From Macrostomum lignano (taxonomy: Eukaryota): DNA of 30,630 bases. Positions within the stretch are counted from its first letter, which is position 1, and each line of letters opens with the position of its first letter. The position numbers and the translations under genes are program-made. The stretch is from the NCBI GenBank assembly GCA_002269645.1, contig NIVC01002167.1:1-30630 (forward strand), given 5' to 3'. The notes beneath the pieces were generated by a model. It was not told where the DNA came from. It saw only the letters and a list, made by a program, of their open reading frames with translations, and made no database searches. Shown here piece after piece: positions 1 to 10,100 of this stretch.

Positions 1-445
1 GCAACGAGGTCTTGAAGTCAGGCTGTGCGACCTCCAGCAGCTTTGCACGGTGCACGCCGCTGCGGAGACCGAAGACAAGCTGGTCGCGCAGTCTGTCATC
101 CAGAGTGGCCTCAAATTTTCTATGCTCCGAGGCCAGCAATAAAAGTCAGTGAGACTCTCGCTGGGCTTCTGTAAGCGGTGTTGAAAGCGGAATCTGGCGG
201 ATAGCATTGGCGTCTGTGTAGAATAATGTGCCTTCTGGATAACTGCTAGGTCAGAGTAGGACTTGGAGGCCACAGTTTCTGTCAAGCACAAATTCTGAAG
301 AACCTTGTTCAAGCATCCTCTCCGATAGCGGCCACAAGCGTTGCGACCTTCGCCACGTCTCAGACATCATTGCAGATGAAGTACTGTTCAAGCCTCTGCA
401 ACTATATCTCAATGTCTGAGTCTATATTCTACCAGTTGTAGCCAT
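1..445 (-). pseudogene. gag: Ty3/Gypsy-type LTR retrotransposon gag, degenerate, continues out of window
   Basis: Manual minus-strand translation from ATG at 445 gives fragments LQRLEQYFICNDV, VAKVATLVAAIGEDA, ARFRFQHRLQKPSESLTDF and LDDRLRDQLVFGL. These match the typical animal Gypsy gag pattern, with several stops and frameshifts. Confidence 0.8.
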
Positions 446-457
446 CCTTGTCGCCAA
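446..457 (-). promoter_or_regulatory. Primer-binding site of the Gypsy element, directly after an LTR-like CA end (458-459) and directly before the gag ATG
   Basis: Minus strand reads ...TTCGCA|TTGGCGACAAGG|ATGGCT. A TGGCGAC(G/A)AGG immediately before the gag ATG is a common Gypsy layout. Confidence 0.65.
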
Positions 458-840
458 TGCGAAATTATGAGTTCGGAAACGAGTGATCAAACAGAGAGAA
501 CTATCGAGTGGCCAATGTCATTAGTAATCGACCTAATGCGACCAAGCTATCCGACATAAAGTCTCATAGAGGACTTCTTAAATTCTGTGGCTCATGGAGA
601 GAATTTTAAGATGTCAGGGCTCATGGGAATATTTCTGAAATTATGTGGCTTATGGGGGTTGCTTAAATGCTTTAAGCCAAAGCTTACAAGGGCATGCTGA
701 TATATTAGGCTAGTAAATACGCTCGTAGCTGGCTTTCAAAGCTGCTGCTTTTTTATTTACACATCATTTTCTTTCATAAATTTATGAAGGAAACTTGCTG
801 CTGCAGACGCCTCAGTCTAGGAATGTTTTAAGATACTCAC

Positions 841-1246
841 CTGCTCTTGCTAGGTAGCTACATGTAGCCATGTAGGCTTGCACTCGCTGAAATAAATAAT
901 ATTCGCAGGAGGGTTGTGGCCACATTGGCGCAGCGGTTTCGATAAAATCATCCCATAACCAGCGCTGAGGCAGTACCGCCCATTCCGATGACTGCTTACT
1001 GCTTACCAAATTTGATTTTTGAGAATCGCCGCGCCCACTTGTCCCGCCGATTCCAAACTCGAGCACCGAAGATGGCGTACGGCAGCTCCAAGTCAAGCAG
1101 CATCCAGGGCTGCGGGTCGCCGCCGCGAGTGTGCACCAAGGGCCCGCCGGTCAGGCCGTCATTAATGCCGATTGGGCTCCCAGCGCGTGGGTCCACTGAG
1201 GAGGACTTGGCTGGCTTGTGTTTTGGCACTTGAATCAGCTCAAATC
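841..1246 (-). pseudogene. F-type lectin (fucolectin/discoidin-like) domain exon, frameshifted by a 7-bp duplication
   Basis: KPAKSSS...INDG...VHT...QPWMLLDLELPYAIFGARVWNRRDKWARR contains H-x27-RxD-x4-R, close to the F-type fucose-binding motif. Acceptor TTTTAG at 1247-1252 and donor GTGAGT at 835-840. The exon is 406 nt, or 399 nt (phase 1-1) without the duplicated 7-mer at 991-1004. Confidence 0.7.
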
Positions 1247-2204
1247 CTAAAATGGTTTTGAGTTTGCTTTTAACTGTTGAAGATCCTACAGAATGGATTA
1301 GAAGGACAGATAAACAAAAACAGGTCCCATCAGTAGCTGCAAGTGTTCTCGAATGAGAAGTTGCTTCATAGTTTGTGCATGGTTGCCGCATGCCTGTATA
1401 TCGAAACTTCAAAAGGTTTCGATCGTTAAAACAGGTAAGTTTTGAATTTTTTTATAAGAACTGTACTGCTACGTTTATATGTGACAGGCAACGGCACTTT
1501 ATTATAGGCAAAGGGGCTGTGTGCACCCTGGCGCACTTGTGGGCAGTACATGCAAATTTTCAAACACTTTCTTCTTACCTGTGACAGCAGCAGAATAAAA
1601 ATTCAAAGCCCAAGTCACGAGAAATAGTCTTTGCATTTTTAGATGCATTTTTGATTGCTAGTCTAATTGGTGGCACTATGAGTGATTTAATTAACACAAA
1701 ATGAGGTTCTGTTAGACAAAGTATAGCTACCGCAAGACAAAGCTGTCGAATTTCTTCTTCAGTTATTTGGCTTTAATAGCTTGATAAGCTTCAGAAACAG
1801 CTGGCTGCCACCCGCTGGCATCCGATAAATAACTCGTCTGTCAATTCACAATTTATCTTTTGTTTTGCTAGCTAGAAAACATTCCAAATTATTATCGACA
1901 GTTGCTATTCATCAGTTGAGACTGGCAGCACTGACAGCTGGTGAAGCGATAGTTTTATCTCTCTATTTTTCACTTGTCCAAAAAATTATTCAGCTTCAAT
2001 TTGGGGAAATCCATGGGAAAAAATGCACATGCTTGCTAGCTTCTCTTGCGATTTGGAAACACGGAAAACTTCGTATCTTGCTAAATGCAATTGGACATGT
2101 TTGCTCGTAGGAGCAGCGAAAACTGACCTTGCTGTGAAATTTGCACGATTTGCGGGTGCAGCGTCCATTAATATCGATTTCTATGGGTCATTGAGCACGG
2201 AGAC

Positions 2205-2855
2205 AAGAGACGGAGGCGCCGCCCAAAATTAGATACAGGCGTCTACAACTAGATAGGGGCGCCCATAATTAGATGGGGGCATCCACCAAGAGACAGGGGC
2301 GCCCATAATTAGATAGGGGCACCCGCCAAGAGACAGTGGCGCCCACAAAGAGACAGGGGCGCCCACCAAGAGACAGGGGCGCCCTCCAAGAGACGGGGCG
2401 CCCACCAAGAGACGAGGGTGCCCACTAAGAGACAGGGGCGCTCACAATTAGATAGGGGCACCCACCAAGAGACAGGGGCGCCCACAATTAGATAGGGGCA
2501 CCCACCAAGAAACGGGGCGCCCACCAAGAGACGGGGGCGCCCACCAAGAGACGGGGACGCCCATCAAGAGACAGGGGCGCCCACAATTAGATAGGGGCAC
2601 CCACCAAGAGACGGGGCGCCCACCAAGAGACGGGGGCGCCCACCAAGAGACGGGGACGCCCACCAAGAGACTGGGACGCCCACCAAGAGACAGGGGCGCC
2701 CACAATTAGATAGGGGCACCCACCAAGAGACGGGGGCACCCACCATGAGAGACGTGGGCGCCCACCAAGAGACGGGGCGCCCACCAAGAGACGGGGGCGC
2801 CCACCAAGAGACGGGGACGCCCACCAAGAGACGGGAGCGCCCACAAAGAGACACG
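2205..2855. repeat. GC-rich minisatellite, ~19-21 bp units (CCACCAAGAGACGGGGCGC interspersed with variant CCACAATTAGATAGGGGCAC)
   Basis: Tandem units are directly visible. Roughly 30 copies in two interleaved variants. Confidence 0.95.
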
Positions 2856-2948
2856 AACGACCACTACTAGAACAAAAATTATTCTATTATAATTGCACTG
2901 AAAATTTTACAAAAGCGGAATAGTGGCCGACTATTTGTTTGCGGACAG

Positions 2949-3189
2949 TGTTGGAACAAGTTTGGTCAGACAGAATAGTACAAATTAAGGGTATGACGAA
3001 TATTTTCAGTGCATATTGTTACATTATTGGGGTTACTTCAGTATTACTCAAAAAGATTCTTAACAACGTTGTGAGACCACGAAGTTACGAATAAAAAACC
3101 TATGGACACCATAAATCACAGCGTTTAACTTTTGCAAAAGGTCGCAAGCAAAATACCGAAATACCGCAGGCACACAACAAACCCTAACA
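2949..3189 (-). repeat. 3' LTR of the BEL element (241 bp)
   Basis: Starts TGTTAGGGTTTGTTGTGTGCCTGC right after the PPT and ends CTTGTTCCAACA. Both ends resemble the ends of 7211-7434, but the interiors differ. Confidence 0.6.
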
Positions 3190-3198
3190 CTCCCCCCT
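3190..3198 (-). promoter_or_regulatory. Polypurine tract
   Basis: AGGGGGGAG immediately before the TG of the 3' LTR. Confidence 0.75.
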
Positions 3199-3442
3199 AA
3201 TGATGCTTTATCATTACAACATACTTGATAACGTAACGCACCATCACCAAAGTACTAAGTTATGGAAAAAGCAGAAACACAAAAGGCGCCAATGAGCAAA
3301 AATGTAAGCATCATCACCAGCGTACTGTACCATAGCGAAAACCAAATGTCGCGTTGAGAAGTTTACTCACAGAGCACGAGCACGATAGGATACGAACTTG
3401 AAGATTGAAACTAAGGAGGGATAAAGACTGAGAACTCAGACG

Positions 3443-5030
3443 TCAATAGTCACTGTCAGCTTTAGAAACGTCAATAACCGTTAATTCAGTCACGGCTTCT
3501 AGCAAAATCAGGTTTTCAACCGGCCGGCGAATCAAGCATCTCCTGGGTCCGCGGCCTGGCCTTTGCGCGACTCGAACTGTTGCCGATCTCACTCGTCTCG
3601 TCCCGGATGCACTGCCTCTATAATGCAAGAACACCAAGTGAGCCTCGGTTGGCCAGCTTCGCCTTTCACCAGGACGATGTCACCGACCGTCGCCTCTCCG
3701 ATCACGCCGTGCTTAGGATTGAGCCGATGTTCACGCAAGCTGGTCAGATACTGCCGCTCCCAGCAGTCCCAGAAGGCATGAAGTCTGGCGCGCATTCGCT
3801 TCAGCAGTCTTGGCAACGGTAGCAGAAGATCTGGCGCGCAACTAGAAGTAGGCTCCGCCGTTAGCCGCTGTAACACCAGGAAGTGTGCCGGTGTCAGAAC
3901 TTCTCCTTCGGGCTCGGCATCCACGTAGAGCAGAGGGCGGCTGTTGAGCACCGCCTCCACCTCCATGAGCACTGTCAGCAGTTCGTCCAGTGTTAGACTT
4001 GAATTCAGAAGGGTTTTGGGCAGTGCCAGCTTGATGTCCTTCATCAGTCGCTCCCAGAAGCTTCCTTGCCAGGGTGCGCGTTCCGTGATAAACTGCCAGG
4101 TAATCTTCCGAGTGGCGCAGAACTCCTGAACCTTTTGACTCTCCGATGCTTGCAATATCCGCGCGGCTTTGGCGAATGTCTTAGCGTTATCGCTAATGAG
4201 ACTAGGGATACCTCTCCTTGCACAGAATCGCCTTAGGGCTCTAAGAAGGTCTCAGTTGTTAGATCTGTGAGTTTTGGTGTTCGTTGTGTTGGCTGTTTTG
4301 GGGGTTGGCCTACTCTGGGGGGTTGGACACGCTTTTATTCACCTGAACCTATATCGATCGGAATGTACGCGCGTACATAGTGAATGACAAATATATATAT
4401 CGACTAACTTTGCCTTTGAGCCCTCGTGCTGATTTTTCTCGCAATTATGGTCTTACAGATCGTTCACCAGTTCTAGATGAAGCGCTCGCGTTGCTGCGCA
4501 GGTGAACACTAACATGTAGCCCTTTTCGACAGCAGTGTCTTTTCTCAGCTTGACCGGACCACAGTAGTCGAGCCTGCTCCACTCGAACGCTCTCATTGCT
4601 TTCAAGCGAGATTCTGGCAACGCAGGAACTTGCATCACAGCGAACGGGAGTCCCTGAAGACGCCTGCAGACGACGCATTTTCCAAGAATTGCCTTCACTC
4701 GCTGCCTGCCACGGATCAGCCAAAACTTCTCATGCAGTTTGCAAAGGGTGCTGTGCGCGTCTCGGATGAGGAGAACTTCTAGATGAGTCTTGTTCGGGAT
4801 GAGGATGGGGCAGTCAACAGCTGCAACAACGTTTGATTCTCTCAATCGACCCCGACTTTGGAGCAGACCTTTGCTGTCGAGGAAGAGATTCAGCTGCTTT
4901 GCAAGATCCGTAGATGCTGTCGACCTTTTAAAGTGAGCAATCTCAGCAGAGAAACTCCTTCGTTGTACCTCTTTCAGCCAACGCTCCTTTGCTTCGGACA
5001 CTTCTGCAGCTGTCAAAGTTCCTGCTCGCT
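3443..5030 (-). pseudogene. BEL/Pao integrase region (Zn finger, DDE core, C-terminal domain), frameshifted and split by a solo LTR
   Basis: ORFs 4453-5016, 3589-4155 and 3443-3637. Motifs CVVCRR, RLDYCGP, CAATRALHLELVNDL|TTETFL, ISDNAKTF, APWQGSFWERL, LNSRPL and LTPAHFL. Confidence 0.9.
4266..4457 (-). mobile_element. 192-bp solo LTR inserted in the BEL integrase
   Basis: TG...CA ends (TGTGAG/CTTACA), GATC duplicated at 4262-4265 and 4458-4461, and AATAAA on the minus strand. Removing it restores the codons N-D-L-T-T. Confidence 0.85.
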
Positions 5031-5342
5031 CCTCACTATTCCAGCTTCTTTCTGGCTCATCAGAATGCGGTGGTACTCCTGCAGCAGTGCGGGTTCACAG
5101 CGCAGCCTGCTCAGGTTACTCTAAAGCCTCTCGAATGCCACGTCGTCAACTGTTGTCAAGGCTTTTGTTGTTCCGTGCGTGCAGCAGAGAAGCACTTGCT
5201 CTTTTTTTCTTTCAGTCCTCCTGCCGAAATGGCGTCGGACAAGGAGCCACACAGGAGCCACCCAAGCTGACTGGCTACCGCAACCAGCTCGGTGCTGATT
5301 TCAGAACGATCTATCTGTCCTGTGACAAGGTCATAGAACTGG

Positions 5343-5879
5343 TCAGCTCCTATGAGGATGTTGATGTCTGGATGCTGCTCGCTGCCGATGTCTCAGTCTG
5401 CCAGATCCAGATGTGGGAAGTGATCGCTGCGCAAGCTGTTGATGAGAGCAGATGTAGGGCACTGTGTTGGCGCGCAATGTGAAGGGAGTGACGCCGTCGA
5501 GCTTACGAAGTTGGAAATCGATCTTCTCCGTTTGCACGACCTTGGGCTTTGTGCCTCCAAATGTCGTCACTTCCATTGTTTCTTTGCCTATCACACAGAG
5601 TCCCATACGCTCAGCTACGCCCGACAGGATGAACGAACGGTTGCTCGCAGAGTCGAAGAGAATTCGAACCCGTGTTTCACTGCAGCCATCTGGTGAAATC
5701 AGTACAGCTCCCGCGGTGGGAAGAACCACTGTCTGGACCTTGGTGACCATCGCCATTGTCTTTACTTCGTGGCTCTTGACACTCTGCGTGGCCGACTGTT
5801 CGAATTTCTTCTTTCCTGAACCCGCCGTATCGAAGTTGCAACTAGGCGTCTTGTCTGCCGGTCTCGGTGGCTGTTCCAC
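5343..5879 (-). pseudogene. BEL/Pao aspartic protease region
   Basis: VVLPTA...RVRILFDSASNRSFI...TTFGG, with D-S-A in place of D-S/T-G. Frameshifted downstream, where DIDILIGADQFY and SQLGWLLCG are read in another frame. Confidence 0.85.
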
Positions 5880-5927
5880 TCGCGCAGCGCAGAGACTGGG
5901 ATGATGCTTTAACTTGCAGAAGTCACA

Positions 5928-7125
5928 CTACTTCTTTTGATAACAAGTCTTTGTGGCATGACCTTTAGAGAGGCAACTGAAGCAGCGTCTTTGTTCTTTC
6001 AAGAACTGAAGCCTAGCAGGCACATCCACCAGTCGATTGCAACTCTCCGGAGCATGTTCAGCGTCACAATAAGGCTCTGGCTCTGGCGACCTTCGTAGCC
6101 TTCGTCTGCAAAGCAGATACCGTGCCTTCCTTGGTTTGCCTGTCAACAGTGGAAGCCTCTGATGAACTGGCTGCTTGAACTCCTGCTCCGAAAGCCGCTT
6201 CCTCTCTAACCAGGATTTCAAGTCCAAGACATTGAGGAATTCCTTGATCGAATCTAAGCCGTTCTCATCCGTCACCTGTAGCTGACTGACACCATAGAAA
6301 GGCCGTAAGGCAACCATCCTGGCAGTTCTAAGCATCCCGAGACGGACCACTTCGTATGAAGCAACGTACACTCACCCCGAGATTCTCCAGGCTGCGGACA
6401 TTGCCGTTGACTTGATCGTGGAAGTTTCTGAGTTGGTGGACTGAAGCACCTGAACAAGTCAGCGCCGAGAACTTCGCCAGATGCTCGCGCACGGCTCCAC
6501 TCCGGGATCCAAACCGTCGTTGCAGGTTATCGATCTTGTCGATCTTATCGATCTTGTAGTTCTCGGCTGTGATTTTACGGCCGGCGATCGAATTCTTGGC
6601 TTCTCCTGAAAGGCACGATTGCAGGTAGCTAAACTTTTCGACGACGCTGAGGCTCGGGTTGTCGTGGATGCTGGAGCTGAAGCGGTCCCAGAATGCAGTC
6701 CATTGCGTCCAATCTCCATTGAATGCTGGCGGCGGCAGCCTAATGGCCGGCGTAGTCGTCAAAGCAGAATTCTCTCGCGGTGACGTGGATGGAGTTGACT
6801 TTTTCGTTTGCTGTTGATCTTTAGCCTGCATGCGGCTTTCTCGCTCGGCCTGAAGACTCTGCAGTCGCTTGGCAAGACTCGAAATCATCTTCCCAGCCAG
6901 TAGCTCTCACTCCATCGTCTTCTCCACTTACTCTTGGAGTATTTTCTCGTCGATCTCAACGGACAGCTCTTTATCCGCTGCCAGCAGCTGTTGCTTCTTG
7001 AGGCGCAGGGCTTCCAGTACGCTGTCGATGTCTTCCTCAGCAGCCCCTGAGTTGAGCAGGTCTTGGGCTTTCTGGGCTAATCTGGTGACCGTCGCTCTCA
7101 AAACTCCACGCTTTTTGGAGCCCAT
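5928..7125 (-). pseudogene. gag: BEL/Pao gag (N-terminal coiled region, central domain, CCHC zinc knuckles), frameshifted
   Basis: ORFs 6928-7155, 6328-6888 (FNGDWTQWTAFWDRF...EKFSYLQSCLSGEA) and 5928-6371 (CDAEHAPESC, CFSCLSKGHATKTC). Confidence 0.9.
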
Positions 7126-7198
7126 GCTGAACTGATAAGAAATCGGGTGAGTCACTGTAGAACTATAGAGCCAATACTTTCACTTTACTTTGATTTTA

Positions 7199-7210
7199 GT
7201 TCGGGCGCCA
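7199..7210 (-). promoter_or_regulatory. Primer-binding site complementary to the 3' end of tRNA-Lys
   Basis: TGGCGCCCGAAC directly after the LTR end CAACA. It equals the first 12 nt of the tRNA-Lys3 PBS used by HIV-1 (TGGCGCCCGAACAGGGAC). Confidence 0.8.
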
Positions 7211-7434
7211 TGTTGTCTGAACAAGAAATTGAACAAGTCTGAGGGCCGTCAATTTAGCTAACAAGAAAAAATCAACAATTAAGCGCTTACTGAGAGGTCT
7301 GCAATACCTTGTAATACTGTATATTTAACTTAAGTCTCTCGCAACAACCACCCCACCATGCGCACTGAGGAGGGGGACACACAGCGTACACACAAACCAG
7401 AGGGTGCTTGGCAGGCACACAACTAACCCTAACA
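7211..7434 (-). repeat. 5' LTR of the BEL element (224 bp)
   Basis: Starts TGTTAGGGTTAGTTGTGTGCCTGC (23/24 identical to the 3' LTR start) and ends CTTGTTCAGACAACA, followed by the PBS. Confidence 0.65.
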
Positions 7435-7929
7435 AAGAGAATCTACACAGCAATGAAGTCGAAGTCGAACTTGCTGGCGACGAGGCCGCTAGCGGTGCCG
7501 GCCGGTCCAAACAGCAGGCAGTCGCCGGATCCGGGAATGACCAGAGAGAAGAGGCAGTTTGGCTGCAGGTTCGCGCACCAGATCGTAAATGTCGTAAGAT
7601 CGTAAATCGTAAATTCGTAAATGTGAATAAAAAAGATCGATGTTTGTAACTCATGTGACGTTCCTGTACATGGTGAGGTACCTGCCGGCAACGGGCTGTG
7701 TGCAGGTGATGTTGATTGAGTTTTTCTCAGCAGTCGAAAAATGATTGTAGTATTAGCAAATGTCAAATAGGTCCTTGCTGAATGTAGTCCACACGCGGAG
7801 GGGTCGTTGGTGATGCCTGTTTTTGTAGATAAATTATTAGTGTAGGACTCTTATGTGTCTTTGAGCTCATTGAATTTAACATATCAGGATATCTAAGGTA
7901 TGAATGATAGTGAAAATAATTGATTACTC

Positions 7930-8216
7930 CTGACTTAATGGGCAGATGTTCAACCGACAGCTCAGCCGCAGCTATTGCGCGGTGAATCTGAAGGCTGCGT
8001 ATAGCTGCTCAGTCCAAGGACTGGGGGGTCGCCACCCACACCCTCAATTACCACAGGCTCCTCAGCTAATGCTGGCACCCATTTTACAACTTGGTGAACT
8101 GAAAGCAACGCTGAGCTAAGTGTCTTGCACAAGGACACAAATTGTACTAGTTTGGTCGAGATTCGAACCTCGACCTTTCAGTGGTGACTCCGACGCCAGG
8201 TTACAATCCGCTAGGA
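7930..8216 (-). mobile_element. tRNA-derived SINE with a CORE-like central domain
   Basis: Degenerate A box (CCTAGCGG), B box GGTTCGAATC in a 7-bp stem (8154-8175), then TGTGTCCTTGTGCAAGACACTTAG...TGTAAAATGGG, resembling CORE/Meta-type SINE domains. The 3' boundary is approximate. Confidence 0.7.
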
Positions 8217-8299
8217 TATGAAATTTCTACCTTGTGTACGGTTTTTAGCTTGTGTGGTTCTGGAAGTGTTCTCTCTACATTTACATGTGGAGAAATTTC

Positions 8300-8578
8300 T
8301 AGCTGCTGACGCACCACTCTGAAAAATGGGATTCGCAAGGTGTCCTCCCCTATCAAATACGATCCTCCTGAACGATATGCATATCCAGACCAGAGCGCCA
8401 AAGATGACGTACGACTATTCCAAGTCCAGCATCAGCCAGGGTTGTCGGTCCAAATTATTGATGTGAACCAGCATCCCACCGGTAAGGCCATCGTTGATCA
8501 TTTTCGGTTGCGCTACTCCTGGGACCACAGGAGACGCCTTCACGGGCTTGTTCTTGAGCACTTTAACCAGCTCAAAAC
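8300..8578 (-). pseudogene. Second F-type lectin domain exon (paralogue of 841-1246), with in-frame stop
   Basis: Manual translation GFELVKVLKNKPVKASPVVPGVAQPKMINDGLTGGMLVHINNLDRQPWLMLDLE*SYVIFGALVW is 39/65 identical to the first copy by hand count. Same phase-1 acceptor (CAGCAG). TAG at 8415-8417. Confidence 0.8.
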
Positions 8579-8671
8579 CTGCTGCATAAATTTCAGTAAA
8601 AATTAGAAATCGAATGGGAGAGGATAAAAATATGCCTAATATACAAATATTTCAGGAGCATTTAACAGTCG

Positions 8672-8845
8672 TCTACCATGATCTACCATGACCTATCATG
8701 ATGTGCCATGATCTAATATGATCTTACCAAGATCTAAGCTGCCTACCATTATCAACAATTATCTACCCATAATCTATACCATGACCTACATTGTCCACCA
8801 TTATCAACAAATATCTACCCATGATCTACCATGACCTACTATGAT
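8672..8845. repeat. Degenerate ~10-bp tandem repeat (TCTACCATGA)
   Basis: TCTACCATGA/CCTATCATGA/TCTAATATGA-type units are visible. Confidence 0.8.
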
Positions 8846-10100
8846 TTAACGAGGAAATTACGAGTAAACTAAATAGTGAAACGCTAGACGTCCTGTATGC
8901 AACCGTTCGGAAGCGGCATAAATTTAAAGTTTATTAAATTTGCAGAATTGCAGTAGAACTGACGATCGCTGACTGACCACTGACGATAGCAAGATGACAA
9001 CACAGTAGAGTCGCGATTCCTATGAACTTGTTAATGCCGTTTAATTTTCTTCGTACCAGCGTACATGTACTCGTATCAACGTCAAAGCCAGTTTCGACAT
9101 GCGCAAAAAAGTTTTAATAAATTTTTCTTAGTTTTTCAAAGGACTCGAACTGATTCGCGATCGCCCCTTTCGTAGACGACTCAATTTTATCAGCTTTCAA
9201 GCTCTGCAGATAAATTCTCCACCGCTGTTGTTTATTTTTTCCTCTACTTTTGTTCAGTTGCCAAGGTGACACTTTCAAGACATGAGACAGCTTTTCTTAC
9301 TGGCTGCAATTGACCAATTAGTAGGGGGAAGGGGGGCTCGGTGAAAGTTTTAAGTATCCGTCTTCGTGTCAGTTAGCATTTGTATTGGTATTTCAAGATC
9401 TGTCTTAGTAAAGCTAATAGATGAATAAAAATGTTGAATTAAAACACTTCCTTAGATACGATTTCAAGATAATAAAATTGGGCCAAACAAAATTGATTTT
9501 AGTTATATTAACTAAAATGGGGACGTATCAATTAATGGAATGTGGTTTGATTCGATGAGGGCATAAATCTAATATCATTACATAAAATGTTGTTAAGACA
9601 TCATTAAGACATCACTTCACTACCCACTCAGACCCTCAGTAGCGTTTTTATTGTATTTAGGATTGCCCCGTCTTTCTACTCATAATTAAAGTTGTAAAAT
9701 TAGGCATAAAATAAGCATACGAGCGAAAGTTCAGATTTAGGTTGAGGCAAATTTATGGATATGTGAGAAATAATCAATATTGTTTCTGAGTTACTTCTTC
9801 GACGCAGTTTAACAAAAATAACGAAATATAGGGCCAAACGAATTCGCAAGAGCTACATGCATTATTTAATCATTCTTTAAAGAGCTATAATGAAATCAGG
9901 GCTCACAAATCGAGACAGTTACACCAGCTTCGCATTGATTCCTAAAGGGTAACACCGCTTGCACATGTAGATAAAGGTGGATTAGCTTATTGGGCAAAAT
10001 ATTCTAAACATATTATTTTGAGAACATCGGAATAGGAAATGAGTGTGCAAAAATTTGTTTAACCTTGAATATTAAATTTGCAGTTTTTCTCCTTTTTGCT

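Larger units (their letters stand above)
2949..7434 (-). mobile_element. BEL/Pao LTR retrotransposon, non-autonomous (gag-protease-integrase, no RT/RNase H), probably chimeric
   Basis: Gag with CCHC knuckles, aspartic protease ILFDSASNRSFI, integrase DYCGP/DNAKTF/WERL and C-terminal RSATV...RRPV. PBS, PPT and TG...CA LTR-like ends are present. Confidence 0.9.

Noticed and set aside
1247-1412. N-terminal 55 aa of ORF 996-1412
   Set aside because: It lies upstream of a good splice acceptor, at the same position where the paralogue's similarity starts. Probably intron read-through.
1986-2168. Possible third lectin fragment (ARYEVFRV...LASMC)
   Set aside because: Resemblance to a lectin C-terminal strand is too weak, and an in-frame stop lies just upstream.
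2309-2854. Five W/P/G-rich ORFs
   Set aside because: They are translations of the minisatellite. Repetitive peptides are open in several frames, with no coding evidence.
7435-7690. LTR-like segment (TGGCGACGAGG at ~7479, CGTAAA repeats, AATAAA, ...TGTACA|TGGTGA)
   Set aside because: No partner LTR, no TSD and no downstream gag were found. It may be a real remnant, but I cannot define it.
8154-8215. tRNA gene
   Set aside because: Only a T-arm/B-box and a degenerate A box are present. There is no acceptor stem, and a SINE-type body follows.
8340-8606. 88-aa plus-strand ORF
   Set aside because: It is the antisense shadow of the second lectin exon on the minus strand.
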